From: Candidatus Omnitrophota bacterium
Lineage (GTDB): Bacteria > Omnitrophota > Gorgyraeia > Zapsychrales > Fredricksoniimonadaceae
Reading direction: 5' to 3'
Length of the DNA: 64,000 bases
Assembly: GCA_044225175.1 (NCBI GenBank)
Contig: JBGAJA010000001.1
Location: 742,711 to 806,710 of the forward strand
The notes below the pieces were generated by a model, which worked only from the letters and a program-made list of their open reading frames with translations, searched no databases and was not told the DNA's origin. Made by a program: the position numbers and the translations under genes. Shown here in pieces: positions 29,169 to 36,682 of the stretch (position 1 is the first letter of the stretch; every line of letters begins with the position of its first letter).

Positions 29169-31053
29169 TTTTCTCAATCTCCAATTCTTTCTTAAGATTC
29201 TCAATACATTCTTTAAGCATGCGGCAATACAAATCAAAACCTATGGCCGTAATAAAACCATGCTGCTGACTTCCCAGCAAATTCCCAGCCCCTCGAATCT
29301 GTAAATCTTCAAAGGCTATGTGGAAGCCTGCCCCTAAATCACTGTGTTTCTCGATTGCTTTTAATCTATGCTTGGAAACATCTGATAGCACTTCTTTGGC
29401 TGGCACAATTAAATAAGCCCAAGCTTGAATATCTAAACGACCAACTCGTCCACGCAATTGATGTAATTCAGAAAGACCAAACTTGTCCGCCCGGTTAACA
29501 ATCAATGTGTTTGCTGTTGGGACATCAATTCCCGACTCAATAATCGTCGTACAAACCAAAACATCTATCTTTTGTTGTAAGAATTTTAACATAATTTCTT
29601 CTAAAAGACGACCACTCATTTGCCCATGAGCGATCTCTATCCTGGCTTGAGGGGCCAAGGCTTTGACTCGATTGGCAATTGTTTCAATATTGTCCACACG
29701 ATTGTGCAAAAAGAACACTTGTCCCTTACGCTTTAATTCCCTTTTAATAGCCTCTTCAATAATCTCATCATCCCATTGAATAGTCTCTGTCTTAATGGCC
29801 AATCGATTGGTAGGTGGCGTTGATATTACGGACATGTCTCTTGCTCCCGAAAGCGCCATATACAAAGTTCTTGGAATAGGAGTAGCAGAAAGCGTCAAAA
29901 CATCAGCCAAAAGCCGAAATTGCTTTAACTTTTCTTTAGATTTAACTCCAAAACGCTGTTCTTCATCAATAATCACCAATTCAAGGTTCTTAAATCCAAT
30001 ATCCTTAGACAAAAGCCTATGAGTCCCTATCACAATATCGACCTTGCCTTCCCTAAGCTCTCTAACAATAACAGCCTGCTCTGCCTTGGTTCTAAATCTT
30101 GAAAGCATTCCCACTTTAACGGGAAAATTAGCCAGACGTTTAGAGAAATTGATATAGTGCTGTTCCGCTAAGATGGTTGTTGGAACAAGGATAGCGACCT
30201 GTTTGCCATCCATCACAGCCTTAAAAGCAGCCCGCATAGCTACTTCTGTCTTACCATATCCCACATCAGCACAAATGAGCCTATCCATTGGTCTTGGGGA
30301 CTCCATATCCGCCTTAACTTCTGCGGTGGACTTTAGTTGATCAGGGGTTTCCTTAAAAGGAAATGTAGCTTCAAATTCTTTTTGATATTCTGTATCTTTA
30401 GAAAATGCAAACCCACTTAATTGAGTGCGTAATGCCTGAATACGAAGAAGTTCAGCAGCCATAAGCCGCAATCGTTTTTCAATAGACTTTCTAGTTGATT
30501 CCCACTCTTTACTTCCTAATTTATGAAGACTTGTTGAACGCTTAGTAAAAGACACATATTTTTGGACCAAATGCACGTCATGCTTAGGAACAAAAAGCTT
30601 GTCTCCATCCTTGTATTCAATAATCAAATGCTCTTTTTTCTCATTATTTAATTCAAAGTCTCTTACGCCAACGAATCTTCCAATTCCATGATTATTATGG
30701 ACAACAAAATCACCTGTTTCGATATTAACAAAATTATTTAAAGGAATTTCACTAGAGAATACGGAGTTGGAAGACGTCTTAAAGGGAAGGATAATCACAA
30801 TCTGATGGTTTTCAATGATTTGACCACTGGAAAGGTCGAAACCTGAAATAGTTCGGATCACATCATCTTCTGTGTCAAAACGTATAGGAGTTTCAAAATT
30901 GGCTGGATAAATATCAAGAATTCCCCCGCGAAGGGCGAATTCTCCTTCTTTAAAGGCTTTGGTCACACGACTATAACCAAAAACCACTAAGGATTTAAGG
31001 ACATCATCAAAATTAATATTTTGACCTACAATAAATTCTAATGATTTAAACAT
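29161..31053 (-). CDS. mfd: Compact Mfd-like transcription-repair coupling factor / RecG-type SF2 translocase (630 aa)
   Basis: GEFALRGGILDIYP (Mfd D2-like), Walker A ADVGYGKTEVA, DEEQRFGV, TATPIPRT, and Mfd-specific DLQIRGAGNLLGSQQHGFITAIGFDLY. It ends ~20 aa after that motif, so the D7-equivalent region is absent. N-terminal D1 and most of D3 also appear absent. Confidence 0.75.
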   Translation of the reverse strand: MFKSLEFIVGQNINFDDVLKSLVVFGYSRVTKAFKEGEFALRGGILDIYPANFETPIRFDTEDDVIRTISGFDLSSGQIIENHQIVIILPFKTSSNSVFSSEIPLNNFVNIETGDFVVHNNHGIGRFVGVRDFELNNEKKEHLIIEYKDGDKLFVPKHDVHLVQKYVSFTKRSTSLHKLGSKEWESTRKSIEKRLRLMAAELLRIQALRTQLSGFAFSKDTEYQKEFEATFPFKETPDQLKSTAEVKADMESPRPMDRLICADVGYGKTEVAMRAAFKAVMDGKQVAILVPTTILAEQHYINFSKRLANFPVKVGMLSRFRTKAEQAVIVRELREGKVDIVIGTHRLLSKDIGFKNLELVIIDEEQRFGVKSKEKLKQFRLLADVLTLSATPIPRTLYMALSGARDMSVISTPPTNRLAIKTETIQWDDEIIEEAIKRELKRKGQVFFLHNRVDNIETIANRVKALAPQARIEIAHGQMSGRLLEEIMLKFLQQKIDVLVCTTIIESGIDVPTANTLIVNRADKFGLSELHQLRGRVGRLDIQAWAYLIVPAKEVLSDVSKHRLKAIEKHSDLGAGFHIAFEDLQIRGAGNLLGSQQHGFITAIGFDLYCRMLKECIENLKKELEIEKND

Positions 31054-31065
31054 ACTTTATTATAC

Positions 31066-33693
31066 TTAGCTTAAAGGAATATCCAAGAAGGTTTGTGGAC
31101 TTGCAAGTGGAACAATGCGAAGAATCATTGGCTCAATTCCTAAGAAATCCTCACCTTGAAATTGAGCCGTAAAGGCTGGAAATTTCATCTCAATATTTTT
31201 ACCTTCTTTAACAACATCTAATTCCATATTCTTTGAGCTCAAATCAACACCACCAGGATTATTAATCTTGGCAGCTTTTGAATGACTCATAGCAAAATCT
31301 ACTTTCTTACTAAAACCTTCGGGATACTGGGTTACCCCATCTTCTTCTTTTAAAATAATCTGATAAGTATTTCCTGATATTCTCTTATGGCTCAAATATT
31401 TCTCAACCAACTCTGCGAGCTCATCAAGTTTACTATTTAAATCATCAATCTCTACAAAATCATTCCACAGATCATGGGTTAAATTGTTAACTATGGAAGT
31501 CTTTATTCTATTTCTTAGTATTACCCTCTCAGCTTCTCCTATTGGTGGAGCCGTAAATCTAGAGCCTTTCAAAGATTCCGCAATACTATGAGGGTCATAT
31601 GTATCAATCCTCTCAAGCAATAATGAAATTATGTGTTGAACATCAGTCATTGACAAATTTCTTGATAAATCAAGGTTAAAATCACCAGCACCAAGAGGAC
31701 GAATAGTCAATAGATTAAGGGCTTCAAGAATATCGTCGTCTTTTACAAAGGGGAACGCACGTTTCAAGAATTTTCCAAGTTGTTCTTTAACATTTGATTT
31801 AGACATCAGCGGACTCATAGAAAAAAATTCTTTATGAGCTATATTAGCCAAAACAATACTTCTAATTTCTGCAGGGATGTCTGTACTTAGAATATAATTA
31901 GAATCTGTCTTAAAATTGATCGTATGCTTTAGTTTTTCTTGGATTCTAAAGCCCTCTATAGCTGAGCGGATGATCGTCAATATGGGGAGTTTTATGTTAC
32001 CATTGTTATTAAACAATCTTTCTCTGATAAGATTTGCTTCATCCTGAGTTTGATTCTCAAATAATCGATATCTATTATTCTGCATTTGATCAACCTTCTG
32101 CACTAAACGATCAAATAAATTACTATTTTTATAAAAGATCTTTTCTAAAAGCGGCAATCCTTCCTTATCAAGATAATCCGGGTTTTCAAAAGCCTCACGA
32201 AACAACCTGCCGATTACATCTCCTTTCTTAGCAAAACGTATAAATTGTTGAAAATCATAGAATGAAACATTTGAATTCATCGCAAAATCTTTAGATTTGT
32301 TATGTACTCTTGCCATATAGACACTAGCCATAGCCAAATCTCCATTGGCCCCCAGACTATCTTGAGAGGACGCCGTTGAAACACGCTGTAGTACATTCGG
32401 AATCCCCAAGTCTTGAGCTATGCCCCCTGAGAAGTACTTCCTAGAAATTCGCTGGTCTCGGGTTGATTCTAGATCTTCTTTGATGTAGTTAAATACGCCT
32501 TTTTTGTAGGCTTGGAGGTATTGATGGTAGATGGTTTCAACGTCAGATGGTGGGTTCCTCTGGGTCGCTTTCAGTTTCAACCCTGAGTCGCTTGGCAATG
32601 TGCTTGGGGACACGTTCCTGTTGATTTTGACCTGAACATGTCCCCTGGTCGGCGTTGTATAACCAATTCCTTCAATTTTCTTCTTATCTGCATACACCTG
32701 ATTCAATAATGTATTCTTAAGGGTTTGTTTGTACCATGTGGCTAGGATCATGGAATAGAACATTTGGCGCAAGGGGGCGAAGTTTTGGCCTTGGTTGACC
32801 TCGTTTTCTAATTCGGGCAATATGATGTCGCGGATGATTTGGTTTGCTAAGGCGTTGGGGGTGTTTCCCTGGGGTGCTTTCGCATTCAGCGCTGTCTCGC
32901 TTGGCAGCATGCTTGGGGACACGTTCTTATTGGTTTTGTAATGAACATGTCCCCTGGTTGGCGTTTGATTTTTTTCATTAGCTAGATAATCTTCCTCCAA
33001 CATCACCTTCAAATGCGCTCCAACGATATACCCTACGTTATTCCTCTCAAGAACCTTGGCTTTATCGGCTACGATCCATACTTTATTGAATGTATTCACA
33101 GGAATTTGGGTATTACCATAAAGGGCTTGGGCCTTTGCATAAACCTTGTCCCAGAATTTCTTGCCTAGGTCTTTCTCAGGATAAATTAGAGAAGCGGTTA
33201 ATTGTTTGAGGATGTAATCTTGGGCCAGCATGTCTCGGCCTAGCTCGGTGTTCCCTAGTTCTTCAGGAACTATTCTGTCTTTCTCATAGGGGGATAAATT
33301 CACCCAGAGGTCTTTTTCGGGGATAGTTAATGAGGCTAGGAAATATTTGATTAATTTGTTTGATTCGTCTTGTAGGGGTGACCCTTGCGGTCGCCCTTTT
33401 TGGACAGGGGCGAGCCCTGCCACTACGGACAATCCAGAATTCCCTGTATCCACGACGAAATCAAATAACAAAGGATTCTCTGGATGGACTTTCAGGCCTT
33501 TGATCATGACAGGCATATAGGCCTGGCTCAAAGACATCATTTCTCCAGGCACAGGCAATTGTAGGGGCGAGGTTCCCTCGCCCTTAATAGGCCTGGGAAA
33601 CCCAGCCCCTACATCAGCCCAAGTAGAGCGTGGCCCCAAAATGCCTGTAATTATGAAGCACAGGAGAATAACAACAGATGTCATTTTTTTCAT
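31066..33693 (-). CDS. Secreted protein (875 aa), paralogous to the N- and C-terminal modules of the 2991-aa giant protein
   Basis: Signal peptide MKKMTSVVILLCFIITGILGPRSTWA. N-terminal ~400 aa align with the giant protein (e.g. LIKYFLASLT(I/T)PE(K/A)DLWVNLSPYEK(D/N)RIVPE...NTFNKVWIV...LKVMLEEDY). The C-terminal ~70 aa are also related. Confidence 0.8.
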   Translation of the reverse strand: MKKMTSVVILLCFIITGILGPRSTWADVGAGFPRPIKGEGTSPLQLPVPGEMMSLSQAYMPVMIKGLKVHPENPLLFDFVVDTGNSGLSVVAGLAPVQKGRPQGSPLQDESNKLIKYFLASLTIPEKDLWVNLSPYEKDRIVPEELGNTELGRDMLAQDYILKQLTASLIYPEKDLGKKFWDKVYAKAQALYGNTQIPVNTFNKVWIVADKAKVLERNNVGYIVGAHLKVMLEEDYLANEKNQTPTRGHVHYKTNKNVSPSMLPSETALNAKAPQGNTPNALANQIIRDIILPELENEVNQGQNFAPLRQMFYSMILATWYKQTLKNTLLNQVYADKKKIEGIGYTTPTRGHVQVKINRNVSPSTLPSDSGLKLKATQRNPPSDVETIYHQYLQAYKKGVFNYIKEDLESTRDQRISRKYFSGGIAQDLGIPNVLQRVSTASSQDSLGANGDLAMASVYMARVHNKSKDFAMNSNVSFYDFQQFIRFAKKGDVIGRLFREAFENPDYLDKEGLPLLEKIFYKNSNLFDRLVQKVDQMQNNRYRLFENQTQDEANLIRERLFNNNGNIKLPILTIIRSAIEGFRIQEKLKHTINFKTDSNYILSTDIPAEIRSIVLANIAHKEFFSMSPLMSKSNVKEQLGKFLKRAFPFVKDDDILEALNLLTIRPLGAGDFNLDLSRNLSMTDVQHIISLLLERIDTYDPHSIAESLKGSRFTAPPIGEAERVILRNRIKTSIVNNLTHDLWNDFVEIDDLNSKLDELAELVEKYLSHKRISGNTYQIILKEEDGVTQYPEGFSKKVDFAMSHSKAAKINNPGGVDLSSKNMELDVVKEGKNIEMKFPAFTAQFQGEDFLGIEPMILRIVPLASPQTFLDIPLS
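32552..32656. repeat. ~105-bp direct repeat, copy A, inside the 875-aa paralog CDS, with internal inverted repeat GGGGACACGTTC...GAACATGTCCCC
   Basis: Near-identical to 32861-32966. Each copy encodes TPTRGHV..K.N.NVSPS.LPS. The internal ~12-bp inverted repeat could form a hairpin. Confidence 0.7.
32861..32966. repeat. ~105-bp direct repeat, copy B, inside the 875-aa paralog CDS
   Basis: See copy A. About 309 bp separates the copies. Confidence 0.7.
33371..33428. repeat. Double-hairpin palindromic element, degenerate copy P2, in-frame in the 875-aa paralog CDS
   Basis: TGTAGGGG-TGACCC-ttgc-GGTCGCCC-tttttgga-CAGGG-gcgag-CCCTG-CCACTACGG. Same termini and architecture as G1, with a degenerate 3' end. 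Encodes LAPVQKGRPQGSPLQDE. Confidence 0.55.
33560..33613. repeat. Double-hairpin palindromic element, copy P1, in-frame in the 875-aa paralog CDS
   Basis: TGTAGGGGC-GAGG-ttc-CCTC-GCCCTTAATAGG-CCTGGG-aaa-CCCAGC-CCCTACA. Encodes GAGFPRPIKGEGTSPLQLPV just after the signal peptide. Confidence 0.75.
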
Positions 33694-33751
33694 GTTAGGA
33701 AAGCATAATATATAAATTAAGTATTGGCTACTTGTGGATGTCCAAAAGTCG

Positions 33752-33780
33752 AAAAAAAAGGGCCAGATTTCTCTGGCCCT
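33752..33780 (-). terminator. Rho-independent terminator downstream of secDF
   Basis: Stem AGGGCCAGA / TCTGGCCCT with loop tttc. On the minus strand it is followed by U8 (plus-strand aaaaaaaa at 33752-33759). Confidence 0.7.
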
Positions 33781-33794
33781 TGATTAATTGTGTT

Positions 33795-36005
33795 TTACCA
33801 CTTCTTTTTGCCCTGCCACCATAAGAATAATGGTGAAACGACATAAACTGTGGAGTACGTACCCAATAAGAAACCACGGATTAAAACAACAGCAAATGTA
33901 TTCAAAACTTCGCCTCCAAAGAAATACAAAGACAAAGCTGATAGGGTTGTCATGAAAGTCGTCATAACTGTACGCCCTAATGTCTGATTGATACTTTCGT
34001 TAATGACATCAGCTAAGGGTTTATTTCGCATCTTAGGCACATTTTCACGCACACGGTCATAGATGATAATCGCATCATTAGTCGCATAACCAGTGATTGT
34101 CAAAATAGCTGTCACAACCAAAAGATCAATTTCACGCCCTAAAAGGATCAATAGTGACAACGTTAACAACACGTCATGAAAAATAGCTACAACTGTGGCT
34201 GCAGCAAACGCAAAATGTTTGAAGCGAATTCGGATATAAATCAGCATTCCCAGCAAGGCGAACACAATGGCATAAATCGCTTTAGTCCGTAAAGCTTGAC
34301 CAACAATAGGACCAACCTTCTCGATACGTAAGATTTCAAACTTATTATCCGGCATTTTCTGTTTAAGAACTTCCGCTACTTTCTCATGAGTGTCTTCATG
34401 AGTACGGATAATCACATTCTCTGGAGCCTTTGGAAATGTTTGAATCGTAGCATTCTCAATCTTTTCCTCTTTTAAAATATGACGTAATTGATCCGCCGTC
34501 ACAGGTTTGGCAAATTTGAACTCTTGGATTTGTCCACCTGCAAAATCAATACCGTAAACAGCACCTTTTTTATGAACATAATCAAAAATCCCTGCAAAAA
34601 TCACAATGGCAGAGAAAGCAAAACATATGTATTTCTTGTTAAGAAAGTTGAAATTGGTTTTCTTAAATAAATGCATCATAGGCAATGACTTGATCATTTG
34701 CCCAGCTACCATCCAATTAAAAATAGTACGTGTTACATAAATGGAACTGAATAAACTGGCAATCAACCCAGTGGATAATGTGACCGCAAAACCCTTGATT
34801 GGACCAGAGCCAAATTCAAATAGGAAGAATGCAGCAATCAATGAGGTCACATGGGAATCAAGGATGGCTGACCAAGCACGGCTGTAGCCGGTATTAATGG
34901 CGGCACTCAAAGGCTGACCATTGTCTAACTCTTCCCTAATCCGTTCATTAATAAGGACGTTAGCATCAACAGCAATACCTAAAGTTAAAATAATACCCGC
35001 AATTCCAGGAAGGGTTAATGTGACTTGGGATTCAGGAAGAAGAATATTTAAAAGCCCCATACAACCAAAAATCATAAGAAAATTAACGCCTAAAGCAACA
35101 GAGGCAATAATTCCTCCTAAGAAATAATAGATGCTCATGAAAAAAACAATGGCAATCGCCCCCAAAACAGTCGCTTTAATCCCTGCATCAATAGAATCTT
35201 TTCCTAATAAAGGACCAATGGTTCGTTCTTCTTCAACCTTCATAGGAACTGGCAAAGAACCCGTACGCAACGCTAAAGCTAAAATCGAAGCTTCTTCAAA
35301 TTTAAACTGCCCAGAGATTTCTGCACTTCCCGTTAGAATTGGTTCACGAATATTTGGAGCTGAATAAACCTCATTATCCATGATAATCGCCAAGCGCTCT
35401 CCAACATGAGATGTCGTTAAATCACCAAAATCTTTGGTTCCTTTTTCATTAAAAGTCATTGAAATCTTAGGTTGCATTCCTGTTTGGCTATCAAAATCCA
35501 CACGTGCATCCTTAATAGATTCCCCGCCCATAGCCACTTGTTTTGAAATTAAAAGAGTTTGACCTTCTTCTTTATGAACAGTTTTCAATTCAAAGCCTTC
35601 AGGAACCTTTCCTTCTAAAGCTTCTTTTAAACGAATAGGATCAGAATCGACAATGTGAAATTCTAAATGTGCCACACGGCCAATAATATCTAACGCTCTG
35701 TTACGATCTGTAACACCAGGCAATTGAACCAAAATTTGATTCTCACCCTGACGTTGTAAAAGCGTTTCTCCAACGCCTAATCCATCGATACGATTACGTA
35801 AAATTTCCATAGATCGAAGCACAGCATCATTTTTAGCTTCAGGAGTAGCTAGCTTTTCATTCTCAACTCTGAGAATCAAATGCATACCACCCTTAAGATC
35901 GAGACCTAAATTAATTCGTTTATTGATTGGATAAAGAGAAGCTAGGGAACCTGCTATGACTAGAAATATAATCAAAAATCGTTTGCGTAGAGTTGCGCTC
36001 ATCAC
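33795..36005 (-). CDS. secDF: Fused protein translocase subunit SecDF
   Basis: 736 aa. SecD-like N-terminal half with a large periplasmic loop, SecF-like C-terminal half. 12 predicted TMs. Confidence 0.9.
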   Translation of the reverse strand: MMSATLRKRFLIIFLVIAGSLASLYPINKRINLGLDLKGGMHLILRVENEKLATPEAKNDAVLRSMEILRNRIDGLGVGETLLQRQGENQILVQLPGVTDRNRALDIIGRVAHLEFHIVDSDPIRLKEALEGKVPEGFELKTVHKEEGQTLLISKQVAMGGESIKDARVDFDSQTGMQPKISMTFNEKGTKDFGDLTTSHVGERLAIIMDNEVYSAPNIREPILTGSAEISGQFKFEEASILALALRTGSLPVPMKVEEERTIGPLLGKDSIDAGIKATVLGAIAIVFFMSIYYFLGGIIASVALGVNFLMIFGCMGLLNILLPESQVTLTLPGIAGIILTLGIAVDANVLINERIREELDNGQPLSAAINTGYSRAWSAILDSHVTSLIAAFFLFEFGSGPIKGFAVTLSTGLIASLFSSIYVTRTIFNWMVAGQMIKSLPMMHLFKKTNFNFLNKKYICFAFSAIVIFAGIFDYVHKKGAVYGIDFAGGQIQEFKFAKPVTADQLRHILKEEKIENATIQTFPKAPENVIIRTHEDTHEKVAEVLKQKMPDNKFEILRIEKVGPIVGQALRTKAIYAIVFALLGMLIYIRIRFKHFAFAAATVVAIFHDVLLTLSLLILLGREIDLLVVTAILTITGYATNDAIIIYDRVRENVPKMRNKPLADVINESINQTLGRTVMTTFMTTLSALSLYFFGGEVLNTFAVVLIRGFLLGTYSTVYVVSPLFLWWQGKKKW

Positions 36006-36014
36006 AGGCCTTTC

Positions 36015-36311
36015 TTATTTAATTACTTCCGGCTTTATTGTTTTGGATTTAACTAAAGCGATCACTTCCTTATCGAATTCAATATCGCAATTATCATCTA
36101 CCTTTAAAACCACTGTCTTATCTTTAATATAGGTCACAGTTCCGTGAATACCTGATGCCGTCACAACTTCATCACCTTTTTTTATATTTTCTATCATTGC
36201 CTTAAGCTCTTTTTGCTTCTTTTGCTGTGGACGAATGACAAAAAAATAAAAAATACCAAAAATCGGCAAATACAAGAACAAAATTTGTGTTAAACCAGAG
36301 TCTTGAGGCAT
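36015..36311 (-). CDS. yajC: Preprotein translocase subunit YajC
   Basis: The track ORF extends to 36326. The likely start is MPQDSGLTQ... (ATG at 36309-36311, AAAGGA 8 nt upstream). Single TM plus conserved motif VVTASGIHGTVTYIKDKTV. Confidence 0.8.
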   Translation of the reverse strand: MPQDSGLTQILFLYLPIFGIFYFFVIRPQQKKQKELKAMIENIKKGDEVVTASGIHGTVTYIKDKTVVLKVDDNCDIEFDKEVIALVKSKTIKPEVIK

Positions 36312-36330
36312 GGAAAATCCTTTCAAAAAT

Positions 36331-36356
36331 AAAAAAACAACCTGTTAAGGTTGTGA
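36331..36356 (-). terminator. Rho-independent terminator downstream of rpsP
   Basis: Stem CAACCT-gtta-AGGTTG at 36338-36353. On the minus strand it is followed by UUUUUUU (plus aaaaaaa at 36331-36337). Confidence 0.65.
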
Positions 36357-36358
36357 TT

Positions 36359-36601
36359 TTATTTAGCTTTTTTCATTAAACTACGAACGGTATCGCTTAA
36401 TTGAGCGCCTTTGGCAACCCAGGCATTGATTTTTTCTGTGTTAAGAGAAAAAACTGCTGGTTTCTTAGCGGGATCATAATAACCTAAGATATCTAAGGTT
36501 CTTCCATCACGAGCAGCATTACGTGGAAGAGCTACAACACGCCAGTTATATGATTTATTTGATGCCTTACCTGCTTTTTGTAATCTGATTCTTACTTCCA
36601 T
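36359..36601 (-). CDS. rpsP: 30S ribosomal protein S16
   Basis: 80 aa. RLQKAGKASN..YNWRVVALPRNAARDGRTLDILGYYDP is the S16 signature. Confidence 0.9.
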   Translation of the reverse strand: MEVRIRLQKAGKASNKSYNWRVVALPRNAARDGRTLDILGYYDPAKKPAVFSLNTEKINAWVAKGAQLSDTVRSLMKKAK

Positions 36602-36622
36602 TATTGTGTTTCCTTTCGGTAT

Positions 36623-36681
36623 TGTTGGGGCAGGTTCTAAACCTGCCCTTTAATTGGGTGGGTTTGGAACCCACCCCTACG
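36623..36681. repeat. Double-hairpin palindromic element, intergenic copy I1, between rpsP and the trpE-like gene
   Basis: TGTTGGGG-CAGG-ttctaaa-CCTG-CCCTTTAATTGG-GTGGG-tttggaa-CCCAC-CCCTACG. Fills the whole intergenic gap. Stems differ from G1 by compensatory changes (CAGGG/CCCTG to CAGG/CCTG; GCGGG/CCCGC to GTGGG/CCCAC). Confidence 0.75.
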
Positions 36682-36682
36682 A

